NCBI GenBank assembly: GCA_017482055.1
Contig: JAFUOH010000017.1
Coordinates: 12,067-76,066 of the forward strand
Source: Clostridia bacterium
Lineage (GTDB): Bacteria > Bacillota > Clostridia > Oscillospirales > CAG-272
Reading direction: 5' to 3'
DNA: 64,000 bases
In this document: one piece after another, positions 29,176 through 39,588 of the stretch
Layout: each line of letters starts with the position of its first letter
Numbering within the stretch: the stretch's first letter is position 1
The notes under the pieces: model-generated
What the model saw: only the letters and a program-made list of their open reading frames with translations
Databases searched by the model: none
What the model was told of the DNA's origin: nothing
Program-made: the position numbers and the translations under genes

Positions 29176-30411
29176 ATGCGAGTTGTTATTACAGGTATGG
29201 GTGCCATCACCCCCGCGGGAAAGACTCCCGACGAGCTTTTTGAGCGCGCACTTTCGGGCGTGACCACTGTTTCCGAGATCACAGCCTTTGATACATCCGA
29301 TTATAAATGCCACTTTGCCTGCGAGGTGAAGGATTTCGATCCCACCTCTTATGGTATTGATGCCAAGGCAGCACGCCGCATGGATCGCTATTGTCAGTTT
29401 GCAATGGCAGCCGCCACCGACGCATATGACATATCGGGACTCGAACGCGATAAGCTTGACATCACACGCTGCGGTGTCATTTTCGGAAGCGGTATCGGAG
29501 GACTCGGCACCCTTGAAGAAGAGCATACCAAGCTGATGGAAAAAGGCCCCGGCAGAGTTTCCCCCGTATTCATCCCCATGATGATTTCAAACATTGCCTG
29601 CGGAAATATTGCGATGAAATATGGCTTCAAGGGCACCTGCTACGCTACAGTTACTGCGTGCGCGTCCAGTGCAACCGCTATAGGCGAGGCATTCCGTCAC
29701 ATCAAGGACGGATACGCCGATGTAGTCATCGCGGGCGGCTCTGAGGCAACAATAACCAAGCTGGCAGTTGCAGGTTTTTCCAACATGACCGCACTCACTC
29801 ACGGCGAGACTCCCGACACCTGCTCCCTGCCCTTCGATAAGAGAAGAAGCGGCTTTACAATGGGCGAAGGCGGCGCGGCACTGGTGCTTGAAGCTTATGA
29901 TCACGCAGTCGCTCGCGGTGCGAAGATCTACGGTGAGATCATCGGATACGGTACCACAAGCGACGCATATCATATCACCGCCCCCGATCCCGAAGCATCG
30001 GGCGCGACCCTCGCAATGAGCGGGGCTATCAAAGAGGGCGGCATCACTCCCGAAATGGTAGATTACATCAACGCGCACGGTACAGGTACGGCACACAACG
30101 ACTCCTCCGAGACTCTTGCTGTCAAGAAAACTCTGGGTGAAGCGGCATACAAGGTCGCAATTTCCTCCACCAAGGGTGTTACAGGCCACCTTTTAGGTGC
30201 GGCAGGTGCAACCGAGGCGATCATCACAGCCATGGCGCTTGATCGCGGCATAATACCGCCTACAGCCAACCTGCGCGAGCCCGATCCTGAGCTTGATCTT
30301 GACTATACTCCCCTTGAACCGAAAAAGCGCAACATCAAATACGCGCTGTCCAACTCCCTCGGATTTGGCGGCACAAATGTCTCACTGCTCTTTAAGAAAT
30401 TCGAGGCGTAA
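29176..30411 (+). CDS. fabF: Beta-ketoacyl-ACP synthase II
   Basis: TACASS, HGTGT, GHLLGAAG, SNSLGFGG. Confidence 0.95.
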   Translation: MRVVITGMGAITPAGKTPDELFERALSGVTTVSEITAFDTSDYKCHFACEVKDFDPTSYGIDAKAARRMDRYCQFAMAAATDAYDISGLERDKLDITRCGVIFGSGIGGLGTLEEEHTKLMEKGPGRVSPVFIPMMISNIACGNIAMKYGFKGTCYATVTACASSATAIGEAFRHIKDGYADVVIAGGSEATITKLAVAGFSNMTALTHGETPDTCSLPFDKRRSGFTMGEGGAALVLEAYDHAVARGAKIYGEIIGYGTTSDAYHITAPDPEASGATLAMSGAIKEGGITPEMVDYINAHGTGTAHNDSSETLAVKKTLGEAAYKVAISSTKGVTGHLLGAAGATEAIITAMALDRGIIPPTANLREPDPELDLDYTPLEPKKRNIKYALSNSLGFGGTNVSLLFKKFEA

Positions 30412-30427
30412 GAAAGGAAAGCAAGCC

Positions 30428-30910
30428 ATGTTTAACAATGTAAACGAAATAGAAGCACTTATCTGCCGCCTTATGGATAAGCTTGATGCAAGCAAGACCG
30501 ACAGCCTGGAGCTTGAGGTTGCAGATGTTAAAATAAAGCTTGGCAAGCACACTCCGCCCCCCTGTGAGCCACATCACGGCGCGCCCTCACCACAGCCCGC
30601 TATGATGCCTGCGGTGCCTGTAAGCGCTCCCGCTGCTCCGCAGATCGCCCCGGAAGCGGCTTCTGCGTCTGCGCCTGCCGCAACGGTCAACGCGCCGTTG
30701 CTCGGTGTAGCTTATGCCGCATCCTCTCCGGAAGCCGAGCCCTTTATTAAAGTGGGCGATAAGGTTAAAAAGGGAGATATCATCTGCATAATCGAAGCCA
30801 TGAAGGTCATGAACGAGATCGAATCCGATAAGGACGGCGAGGTCACCGAAATACTGTTCGAAAACGGAAAAATGGTTGAATTCGGTCAGCCGTTGATTTC
30901 CGTAAAGTGA
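30428..30910 (+). CDS. accB: Acetyl-CoA carboxylase biotin carboxyl carrier protein
   Basis: EAMKVMNEI biotinylation motif and Ala/Pro linker; ATG at 30428. Confidence 0.93.
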   Translation: MFNNVNEIEALICRLMDKLDASKTDSLELEVADVKIKLGKHTPPPCEPHHGAPSPQPAMMPAVPVSAPAAPQIAPEAASASAPAATVNAPLLGVAYAASSPEAEPFIKVGDKVKKGDIICIIEAMKVMNEIESDKDGEVTEILFENGKMVEFGQPLISVK

Positions 30911-30917
30911 GGCTGTA

Positions 30918-31343
30918 ATGATACTTGATAAAGACGGGATCAAAGCTATCCTTCCCCACCGCGAGCCGTTTTTGCTCATCGACGAGGTAACCGAGCTTAT
31001 TGACGGCAAGTCCGCCACTGCAAAATGGACTCTCACGGGCAACGAATATTTCTTTAAAGGTCACTTCCCGGACACGCCCGTACTTCCGGGCGTACTGATG
31101 CTTGAATCCATCGCACAGTGCGGCGCAGTCGTAATACTGGGACTTCCCGAAAACCGCGGCAAGATTGCATTCTTCGCCGGGGCGGACAATGTAAAATTCA
31201 AGCGCAAGGTAGTTCCCGGCGACACGTTGGAGCTTCACTGTGAGCTGATAAAATCCCGCTTCGGCATGGCGATCGCTCAGGGTACCGCCACGGTAAACGG
31301 CGAGCTTGCATGCTCGGCGGAAATAAAGTGCATGGTTCAGTGA
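30918..31343 (+). CDS. fabZ: 3-hydroxyacyl-ACP dehydratase
   Basis: LPHREPFLLID, FFKGHFP, PGVLMLE. Confidence 0.95.
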   Translation: MILDKDGIKAILPHREPFLLIDEVTELIDGKSATAKWTLTGNEYFFKGHFPDTPVLPGVLMLESIAQCGAVVILGLPENRGKIAFFAGADNVKFKRKVVPGDTLELHCELIKSRFGMAIAQGTATVNGELACSAEIKCMVQ

Positions 31344-31353
31344 GGGAACTGAT

Positions 31354-32712
31354 ATGTTCAGAAAAATATTGATCGCCAACCGCGGTGAGATCGCTGTCCG
31401 CGTGATACGCGCCTGCCGTGACATGGGCATTATCAGTGTTGCAGTCTATTCCGAGGCTGACCGCGAGTCACTGCATACGCTTATCGCGGACGAAGCCGTC
31501 TGCATCGGTGGGGCATATTCACGTGACAGCTATCTAAACATGAACGCTATCATCACCGCCGCCAAGCTGACAGGCTCGGAGGCTATACACCCCGGATACG
31601 GATTCCTGTCCGAAAACAGCCGTTTCGCACGGCTCTGCGAGGAAAACGGTATTGAGTTCATCGGTCCCTCGGCTCACTCCATCGAGCTTGTGGGCGACAA
31701 AGCAGAGGCTCGCCGTACCGTTGCGGCGGCAGGAGTGCCGATAGTCCCCGGAAGCAAGGGCATCGTCACCGATATCACAGCCGCCGAGGAGATCGCCGAA
31801 AAAATCGGTTATCCCGTAATGATCAAAGCCGCAAACGGCGGCGGAGGTAAGGGTATCCGCATGGTAAGCGATAAAACCGAGCTCTCACGCGCTTTTGATG
31901 CGGCAAGGAGCGAAGCCGCCGCCAATTTCGGCGACGACGGCGTTTACATCGAAAAATTCATCCGCGACCCGCATCACATTGAGTTCCAAATACTTGCAGA
32001 CAAGCACGGTAACGCCATTCATTTAATGGAACGTGACTGTTCAATGCAGCGCCGTCACCAAAAGGTGCTTGAGGAGACCCCCTCGGCATTTGTGACACCC
32101 GAGCTGAGGGAACGCATGGGCAAGGCATCCGTTGCAGCCGCGCTCGCCGCAGGCTACCATGGTGCCGGCACCGTGGAGTATCTTGTTGATGCCGACCGCA
32201 ACTTCTATTTTATGGAGATGAATGCCCGCATACAGGTGGAGCATCCCGTGACCGAGGTACTGACAGGCGTTGACCTTGTACGTGCGCAAATAGACATCGC
32301 GGCAGGTAAAAAGCTGAAATTCGAGCAGCCCGATATAGTTCCCCGCGGTCACGTTATCGAGTGCCGCATCAACGCAGAGGATCCCGCGCGCGGATTCGCG
32401 CCCTGTCCCGGCAAGATAACCAGCCTGAATGTTCCCGGTGGACTTGGAGTGCGTGTGGATACTGCAGTATACCAGGGGTACACAGTACCGCCGTATTATG
32501 ATTCCATGATTGCCAAGCTCATCGTAAACGGCAGTCACCGCGAGGAAGCGATAACGCGCATGCGTCGAGCGCTTGCCGAGTTTATCATCGACGGCATCGG
32601 GTCTAATATTGATTTTCAGTTGGCTCTGACCGACTGCAAAGAATTCCGTTTGGGGAATTACACCAATTCATTTCTTGACGATACTGACATTACCAAGCTT
32701 ACTCACGAATGA
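31354..32712 (+). CDS. accC: Biotin carboxylase
   Basis: IANRGEIA, HPGYGFLSEN, GGGGKG, MNARIQVEHPVTE, RINAEDP. Confidence 0.95.
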   Translation: MFRKILIANRGEIAVRVIRACRDMGIISVAVYSEADRESLHTLIADEAVCIGGAYSRDSYLNMNAIITAAKLTGSEAIHPGYGFLSENSRFARLCEENGIEFIGPSAHSIELVGDKAEARRTVAAAGVPIVPGSKGIVTDITAAEEIAEKIGYPVMIKAANGGGGKGIRMVSDKTELSRAFDAARSEAAANFGDDGVYIEKFIRDPHHIEFQILADKHGNAIHLMERDCSMQRRHQKVLEETPSAFVTPELRERMGKASVAAALAAGYHGAGTVEYLVDADRNFYFMEMNARIQVEHPVTEVLTGVDLVRAQIDIAAGKKLKFEQPDIVPRGHVIECRINAEDPARGFAPCPGKITSLNVPGGLGVRVDTAVYQGYTVPPYYDSMIAKLIVNGSHREEAITRMRRALAEFIIDGIGSNIDFQLALTDCKEFRLGNYTNSFLDDTDITKLTHE

Positions 32713-32723
32713 GGTGAAACACA

Positions 32724-33614
32724 TTGAGCGAACTGTTTAAGGACTTATTTAAAAAAGCACAATACATCACGATCCCAGATTCCATCAAAAACCTCCCCGA
32801 CTCAAAAAAGAAGTCGAAGGAGGAGGTGTCAAGCGAACCAAAGATCGTCTGCACCAAGTGCAAAAAAGAGGTAGCGCCCGATAAATACGCGGTGGCGCTC
32901 AGAGTCTGTCCGCACTGCGGAGCTCATGCAAGGCTGAACGCTCGTGATCGAATCGCCATGACCGTAGATGAGGGCAGCTTCGAAGAGCTCTTCTCCGAGA
33001 TCACCTCCGCCAATCCCCTTGAGTTTGAAGGATACACCGAAAAGGTAGAAAAGCTGCGGTCGCAGACTCGCCTCAACGAGGCTGTGGTCACAGGGCGTGC
33101 CAGGATACACGGTGAGGCGTGTATGCTCGCTGTAATGGACTCTACCTTTATGATGGCATCCATGGGCAGTGCGGTGGGCGAGAAGCTCACACGACTGTTT
33201 GAGGCGGCTACGGTGGAACGGCTTCCTGTAGTGATCTTCACCGCTTCGGGAGGTGCGAGAATGCATGAGGGCACGCTTTCACTTATGCAGATGGCAAAGG
33301 TCAGCGCCGCCGTTGGACTCCACAGCGACGCGGGGTTGCTTTACATCACAGTCCTCTGCGACCCCACCACCGGCGGAGTTGTAGCGAGCTTCGCAATGCT
33401 CGGCGATGTTATTCTCTCCGAGCCGAAAGCCCTCATAGGCTTTGCGGGACGACGCGTTATCGAGGGCACTATAGGCAAAAAGCTGCCCGAGGATTTCCAA
33501 AGCGCGGAATTTCAGCTTGAGCACGGTTTTGTGGATGCGATAGTTCCACGTGCTGAGCTTCCCGAGAAGATAGCGCTTATAATTGGTTTATCGAAAGGCG
33601 GTGAGGCACGATGA
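32724..33614 (+). CDS. accD: Acetyl-CoA carboxyltransferase beta subunit
   Basis: Zn finger CTKC/CPHC, SGGARMHEG, PTTGGV. Confidence 0.93.
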   Translation: MSELFKDLFKKAQYITIPDSIKNLPDSKKKSKEEVSSEPKIVCTKCKKEVAPDKYAVALRVCPHCGAHARLNARDRIAMTVDEGSFEELFSEITSANPLEFEGYTEKVEKLRSQTRLNEAVVTGRARIHGEACMLAVMDSTFMMASMGSAVGEKLTRLFEAATVERLPVVIFTASGGARMHEGTLSLMQMAKVSAAVGLHSDAGLLYITVLCDPTTGGVVASFAMLGDVILSEPKALIGFAGRRVIEGTIGKKLPEDFQSAEFQLEHGFVDAIVPRAELPEKIALIIGLSKGGEAR

Positions 33615-34429
33615 GTGAAAAGCAAACTGTTGATGCGCTGACCAAATTCACCCTGTCGCGCCACAAAGATCGCCCGGGGGTACGCGATTATGTCTCCCAC
33701 ATCTTCACAGATGTGCTGGAGCTTCACGGTGACCGTTCCTTCGGTGACGATCCCGCCATGTATACCGCCATAGCCAGACTTGAAGGCATTCCTGTGACAG
33801 TTATCGGTCATGTCAAGGGGCACACAGTACAAGCTAATATCGCTTCAAACTTCGGAATGGCACATCCCGAGGGATATCGCAAGGCAATGCGCCAGATGAA
33901 GCAGGCGGAAAAGTTCGGACGTCCGATAATCACCTTTGTAGACACCCCCGGCGCGGACTGCGGCGTAGGTGCGGAGGAGCGCGGACAAGGTCTTGCAATC
34001 GCCGAAAATCTTCGTGACATGATGGGGCTGAGGGTGCCGATAATCAGCACTGTGATCGGTGAGGGCGGCTCAGGCGGCGCGCTGGGTATCGCCTGTGCGA
34101 ATCGCGTTCTGATGCTTGAAAATGCGACCTACTCGGTCATATCTCCCAGAGGCTTTGCCAGCATACTGTGGAAGGATCCCACCCGCGAAAAAGAAGCAGC
34201 GCAGACACTGCGCATGACAGCGGATGATCTTTTGGCTCTCGGAATCATAGATGAGGTCATTCCCGAGCCCGAGGGCGGTGCACATCTCGACCATATTGCC
34301 GCCGCAGATGTGTTAAAAGTAAATATTTTGAAAAATTTATCAGACCTACTTGAAAAAGACAAAGAAATGATATATAATGAGAGATACGAGAAGTTCCGAA
34401 AGATGGGACAGTACAAGATCATCGAGTAA
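33611..34429 (+). CDS. accA: Acetyl-CoA carboxyltransferase alpha subunit
   Basis: LHGDR, PEGYRKA, DTPGA, GEGGSGGAL. Confidence 0.93.
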   Translation: MSEKQTVDALTKFTLSRHKDRPGVRDYVSHIFTDVLELHGDRSFGDDPAMYTAIARLEGIPVTVIGHVKGHTVQANIASNFGMAHPEGYRKAMRQMKQAEKFGRPIITFVDTPGADCGVGAEERGQGLAIAENLRDMMGLRVPIISTVIGEGGSGGALGIACANRVLMLENATYSVISPRGFASILWKDPTREKEAAQTLRMTADDLLALGIIDEVIPEPEGGAHLDHIAAADVLKVNILKNLSDLLEKDKEMIYNERYEKFRKMGQYKIIE

Positions 34430-34505
34430 GAGGACTCTGCGAACAAATCCGCGCGGCAAAAATACCCGTCGGATAAAAAATATTATTTAATGGAGGAATA
34501 TACCC

Positions 34506-34730
34506 ATGTTTGAAAAAATCGTAAATATCGTTGTTGACCAGCTCGGTTGTGACGAAGCGCTCGTCACCGAGGACGCAAGCATTCTTGACGATCTCGGCGC
34601 GGACTCTCTGGACGTTGTTGAGATGCTGATGGCTATCGAAGAAAACTTCGGCGTATCGGTACCCGACGAGGAGATCCCGAATCTTAAGACCGTTCGCGAT
34701 ATCATGAATTATATCGAAGCTAATATGTAA
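34506..34730 (+). CDS. acpP: Acyl carrier protein
   Basis: DLGADSLDVVE. Confidence 0.95.
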   Translation: MFEKIVNIVVDQLGCDEALVTEDASILDDLGADSLDVVEMLMAIEENFGVSVPDEEIPNLKTVRDIMNYIEANM

Positions 34731-34748
34731 TTATTTACACAAACAATA

Positions 34749-34824
34749 TGTGGCTGCCAACGGCAGCCACAATTTTTTATGCAACAAAAAATCTCCCCGA
34801 ATCAAACGATTCGGGGAGATTTTG
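34749..34824. terminator. Two back-to-back terminators (acpP and the convergent SLH gene)
   Basis: TGTGGCTGCC-AAC-GGCAGCCACA plus T-tract; AAAATCTCCCCGAATC-AAAC-GATTCGGGGAGATTTT. Confidence 0.8.
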
Positions 34825-34825
34825 C

Positions 34826-37798
34826 TTATTTCTCAAGGTTTGAGTAGTTCATGAGGATCTGTGCAAACTGTGCACGGTCAACATTACCCTTAGGCATGAG
34901 CTTACCGGTGGTGTTGTCACCGTTAAGGATACCGTTTTCGTTGCACCAGCTGAGAGCTTCAACTGCCCAGTAGGAGATCTCGCTCATGTCATTGAACTTA
35001 CTGAGGTTAGCGCTGATGATGCCCTTGTAGCCGCCGCCATTGTACTGTACATAGCGATAGAAGATCGCCGCGAACTGTTCACGGGTGAGCGAAGAATTGG
35101 GCTCAAACGCGCCGGTAGTTGCGATATCATTGAGGATACCGTTAGCTGCTGCCCAACGGATAGCCTCGGTGTACCACTCGCCTGCGGGAACATCAGTATA
35201 AGGGATAGTCGCGTCGCTGAGAGGCTTGCCTGCGAGTCTCCAGAGAACGGTAACGATCATACCGCGGCTGGTTTCGGTACCGGGCTCAAAGGTAGTTGTA
35301 CTTGTACCGTTCATAAGACCGTTGGAGATCACATAGTCAACTGCTGCATGATACCAGCTGTTTGCGCTTACGTCAACATCGGTAAAGGGCTTAGCCGCAC
35401 AAACATGGGCACCGGGAGTGGTATTAGCCTTGAAGGCAGCACTTACAGTGACCTTTTCGGCGGGCATTGTGAAGGAGTAGGTGCCGTTAGAATTCTTGGT
35501 AACGGAAACGGCAGTCTTGCTTGTACCCTTGGTTACAGTAACGCTGTTTACATCATAGTTCTTTGCGGGAGTTACGGTAAGGGTGATCTTTTCACCGCTT
35601 GCAGACTTAGCCGCAGACGCCGCAACAGTACCGTTCTTTATAGCGCTGTCGATGGTAATGTCGTAGGTGGTCTTGGTAACCTTCTTGAAGGTTGCGTTAA
35701 CTGTTACTCTGGTAGAGGGCATGGTGAAGGTGTAAGAGCCGTCCTTATTTTCGGTAACGGTGACCTTCACGCTGTTAGAGTCTCTTGTAACGGTAACGGT
35801 GTCTACCTCGTAGCCATCTGCGGGCTCAACAAAGATATCGACCTTATCGCCGCTGTCAGCCTTGGTATCGGAGGTCTCAACAGTACCGTTCTTGATGCTG
35901 CTGTTCACCGAAACCTTATAAGCACCGGTGGAGCTGCCCTTCCTTACGAAGGTAACTTCAACGTCAACGTCGTAAGAAGGCATGGTGAAGTAATAATAGG
36001 TCTCTCCGTCGTCGTCCTCGTCCTCGGTTACCTTGACGGTAGTGGTGGACTTGCTTGTTCTGGTAACGGTTACATCGTCAACCACATAACCGCTGTCGGG
36101 ATCGGGGTAAATGGTTATCGTCCTACCCTTGGTGGAGGTAGAACGGGAGATGTCAACAGTACCGTAGTCCTCGTCGTAGTCAAGGTTGATGTCGTACTTG
36201 GTAGAGGAAGAAGAACTTCCGCCCCTTACAAAATCGACGTAAATATATACGCTGTCGCCGGGCATATAGAAGTAAATGTAATCGTCATCGGCATCACCGT
36301 AGATCGTAACATCGTCACCGGTCTTATCCTCGGTGATCTCGATGTCGTCTACCTTGTAGCCGTCATCGGGATACAGGTAAACCTTGACCTTGTCGCCCTT
36401 TTCAGCCTTGGAAGCCGCGGAAATGGAGCCGTAGTCCTCGTCACATCCGAGCTCGATAGCGTAGGATTTGCCGGAGGAGGAGGTGCCTTCTTCATCGAAT
36501 TCGATGTCAACATAGACCTTTTCATCGGGCATCTTGAAATACCAGTAACCGTCGCTGTCTTCCTTAGCCGATGTAACCTTGTCGCCGTCGAAATCTCTTA
36601 CAACAACAGTGTCGACCTCATAATCATCCTCGGGATAGATATAGAACTTTACCTCGGTGTCTTCGGCTGCCTTGGAAGGACCGGTAACGGTGCCATAATC
36701 GTCGTCGAAGGAATAATCAATAGAGTACTTGGTGGCGGTAGAGGTATCCTCGCCGTCGAAGTCAACGTAAACCTCAACATCATCTGCGGGCATCGTGAAA
36801 TAGTAGTATTTCGTACTCTCATCAACTTCAACAGAATCACCGTCACTGTCCTCAACGGTTATATCAATGGTGTAGTTGTCATCGTTGGGCTCAACGTAGA
36901 TCCTTACCTTGTCGCCCTTTTCGGCGGAGGTGTAGTTAAGGCGTGCAAAACCATAGTCAGCCTCGTAATCGAGAGAAACACTATACTCCTTACCCGAAGA
37001 AGAACCGTCGTCATCGAAGGTTACCTCGATGGTAACGTCATCATCCGGCATGTCGAAGTAGTAGTACTTGTAGCCACTTTCATCATAGTCCCAATCATAG
37101 CTAATCTCGTCATCATCACTGTTAAGGACCTCGATATCATCGACCTCATGACCCGAATAGGTTACGATACGGAACCAAACCTCTTCGTCCTCTTCGGCAG
37201 AAGACTGAGATATGTACACGGCACCACAATCCTCGTCATACTTTGTATCAATGGAATAGCCATCCGCGGAGGAACTGGACGTAGACGCCTTTACATCCAT
37301 GCAATCGTCGTATACATCAATATACTCACCATATCTTCCATAATAGATCTCATAATCGTCCTGTGCGAGTTCAGCATAACCGCTGCTCTTGAGTGCTTCA
37401 AGCTCAAACGCAAGAATCGTGGTACCATTCTGAATTTCTTCAACATCATCGCAAGAAAGCTCCAGAAGACCGTCATCCGCCTTGGAATCGTCGAGTTCGA
37501 AGCCGTACTCGGTTTCTGCCGAATCCGGTACATATGCAAAACGGTTGTCATTAAATGTAATCTCGTCATAGAAGCTGTAAAAATCGAATTCATCAATAGA
37601 TGTGCCATCGGGATATTCACCGAATACTGTAAGACGAACCGTTACGGTATCGCCCTTTGCTATCTTGGTCTCATCGACCGTAAGCAGAAGTAAAAAGCTG
37701 TAGTCCTCGTAATCGTAATCCGCAGCAAATGCGGGAACTGCCATGGATACCACCATGGAAAGAACTAAAAATAAGGATAGTATGATTTTTTTCATCAC
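34826..37798 (-). CDS. Large SLH-anchored surface protein: signal peptide, cohesin-like domain, 7 beta-rich (InlB-B/Flg_new-like) repeats, 3 SLH domains
   Basis: Signal peptide ending AFA; seven ~85-aa units ending YFxMPxxxVxVxxxF; SLH motifs FTDV..WY, FEPGTETSRG, LTREQ, VDRAQ. Confidence 0.85.
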   Translation of the reverse strand: MMKKIILSLFLVLSMVVSMAVPAFAADYDYEDYSFLLLLTVDETKIAKGDTVTVRLTVFGEYPDGTSIDEFDFYSFYDEITFNDNRFAYVPDSAETEYGFELDDSKADDGLLELSCDDVEEIQNGTTILAFELEALKSSGYAELAQDDYEIYYGRYGEYIDVYDDCMDVKASTSSSSADGYSIDTKYDEDCGAVYISQSSAEEDEEVWFRIVTYSGHEVDDIEVLNSDDDEISYDWDYDESGYKYYYFDMPDDDVTIEVTFDDDGSSSGKEYSVSLDYEADYGFARLNYTSAEKGDKVRIYVEPNDDNYTIDITVEDSDGDSVEVDESTKYYYFTMPADDVEVYVDFDGEDTSTATKYSIDYSFDDDYGTVTGPSKAAEDTEVKFYIYPEDDYEVDTVVVRDFDGDKVTSAKEDSDGYWYFKMPDEKVYVDIEFDEEGTSSSGKSYAIELGCDEDYGSISAASKAEKGDKVKVYLYPDDGYKVDDIEITEDKTGDDVTIYGDADDDYIYFYMPGDSVYIYVDFVRGGSSSSSTKYDINLDYDEDYGTVDISRSTSTKGRTITIYPDPDSGYVVDDVTVTRTSKSTTTVKVTEDEDDDGETYYYFTMPSYDVDVEVTFVRKGSSTGAYKVSVNSSIKNGTVETSDTKADSGDKVDIFVEPADGYEVDTVTVTRDSNSVKVTVTENKDGSYTFTMPSTRVTVNATFKKVTKTTYDITIDSAIKNGTVAASAAKSASGEKITLTVTPAKNYDVNSVTVTKGTSKTAVSVTKNSNGTYSFTMPAEKVTVSAAFKANTTPGAHVCAAKPFTDVDVSANSWYHAAVDYVISNGLMNGTSTTTFEPGTETSRGMIVTVLWRLAGKPLSDATIPYTDVPAGEWYTEAIRWAAANGILNDIATTGAFEPNSSLTREQFAAIFYRYVQYNGGGYKGIISANLSKFNDMSEISYWAVEALSWCNENGILNGDNTTGKLMPKGNVDRAQFAQILMNYSNLEK

Positions 37799-38046
37799 GT
37801 TAAATTCCTTTCTGTATCCTTATGATTTTTTATAATGATTCCATTATCATTATCCGTATCAACATTATACACTGTTATGCAGAAAAAGTCAATAGAAATA
37901 TTTCTCTATAGATGTAAAAATTTTCGTAACAGAATATAGCTTTTGTTAAATTTACACACAATTGCTTTATGAGACAAACTACCAAAGCACCCCTCCCTGC
38001 ATATGTAAATAACGCAAGGAGGGGTGTTACTGCTTTAAAGCCGCAA

Positions 38047-39588
38047 TTATTTGTCCTCGTTTTCGCTGATGGCGATCTTCTTCTGCACGGTAACTTCCTT
38101 ATCATAACAGGAGAATATCTCATCAACATCAACATTCTTGGGCTTGGGTGTCACAAGGCTGACGATCGGCACCGCAATAAGTCCCAGCACCATAGCGACA
38201 GCACCTGCATTGATGGGCGATGCGATAAAGCCGATGAACATATTCGATACGGTAAGTCCCACACCGATTGCGAAGCTGACCCATACCGATGCGGTAGTAA
38301 TACGCTTCGAATACAGACCGTACATGAACGGTGCCAGGAATGCGCCCGCCAGTGCGCCCCACGAAATACCCATAAGCTGTGCGATAAACGTGCTTGCGGA
38401 CTGATACTGGAAGATGGCAATGACCGCAGACAGCACGATAAACACCGCGATAAAGATACGGATCGAAAGAAGCTGCTTCTTTTCATCCATTTTCTTTGAG
38501 ATGTTGCCTTTAATAAGGTCAAGTGTGATGGTAGAGCTGGAGGTCAGCACCAGACTTGACAGCGTGGACATGGATGCAGAAAGCACAAGCACTATAACGA
38601 TACCGATAAGTATATCGGACAAAGTTGACAGCATATTCGGGATAACCGAGTCGTATATTGGCGCACCCGCAGCATTGGTGTCGATGCCGAACAGTCTGCC
38701 GAAGCCGCCGAGGAAGTAACAGCCGCCCGATACGACCACAGCGAAAATGGTGGATATGATAGTACCCTTACTGATCGCCTTTTCGGATTTAATGGCGTAG
38801 AACTTCTGCACCATCTGAGGAAGTCCCCATGTACCGAGGGAGGTAAGTATAACAACACCTAAGAGATTAAGCGGGTCGGGTCCGAACATCGAAGCAAATG
38901 CACCCTGCATACCTTCGGGGACGGAGGGGTCGGTTACATTCGAGAGTTTGATGACCGCTTCGGTAAAACCGCCCTGCCCTGCAAGCACGGAGCCGATAAC
39001 GGCAATAATGCCGACCAGCATGATAATACCCTGGATAAAGTCATTGACCGCAGTTGCCATATATCCGCCGAGGATAACATACGCGCCTGTCAGCACCGCC
39101 ATAACAATAACGCAGATCTCATAAGGGATGTCGAATGCCATACCAAAAAGTCTCGACAGACCGTTATAAACGGATGCGGTATAAGGAATGAGGAAGATAA
39201 AAGTAATAAGCGCTGCCGCCAGCTTTAAGCCCTTAGAGCCGAAGCGCCTCTCAAAATACTCGGGCATGGTCTTGGCACCGAGATGATGAGTCATTACGCG
39301 GGTACGACGTCCGAGGACTACCCATGCAAGCAGACTTCCGATAATGGCGTTGCCGATACCGATCCACGTAGCAGCCATGCCGTATTTCCAGCCGAACTGA
39401 CCTGCATAACCGACGAATACCACTGCCGAGAAGTAGGATGTACCGTACGCGAACGCGGTGAGCCAGGGGCCGACCTCACGTCCGCCGAGAACAAAGCCGT
39501 TGACATCTGTTGCCTTTTTGCGGCAGTATACGCCGACAGCGACGGTGATCGCGAAGAAGATTACGATCATTAAGATTTTTGCAAACAT
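38047..39588 (-). CDS. Sodium:solute symporter (SSS/PutP-like)
   Basis: FVLGGR, AFAYGTSYFSA, GGYMATAVNDFIQG, WGLPQMVQKF, SASMSTLSS; true start MFAK at 39588 after AAGGAG. Confidence 0.9.
   Translation of the reverse strand: MFAKILMIVIFFAITVAVGVYCRKKATDVNGFVLGGREVGPWLTAFAYGTSYFSAVVFVGYAGQFGWKYGMAATWIGIGNAIIGSLLAWVVLGRRTRVMTHHLGAKTMPEYFERRFGSKGLKLAAALITFIFLIPYTASVYNGLSRLFGMAFDIPYEICVIVMAVLTGAYVILGGYMATAVNDFIQGIIMLVGIIAVIGSVLAGQGGFTEAVIKLSNVTDPSVPEGMQGAFASMFGPDPLNLLGVVILTSLGTWGLPQMVQKFYAIKSEKAISKGTIISTIFAVVVSGGCYFLGGFGRLFGIDTNAAGAPIYDSVIPNMLSTLSDILIGIVIVLVLSASMSTLSSLVLTSSSTITLDLIKGNISKKMDEKKQLLSIRIFIAVFIVLSAVIAIFQYQSASTFIAQLMGISWGALAGAFLAPFMYGLYSKRITTASVWVSFAIGVGLTVSNMFIGFIASPINAGAVAMVLGLIAVPIVSLVTPKPKNVDVDEIFSCYDKEVTVQKKIAISENEDK

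Noticed and set aside
35348-37693. 781-aa plus-strand ORF
   Set aside because: Antisense shadow of the SLH protein gene; no RBS or recognisable motifs.
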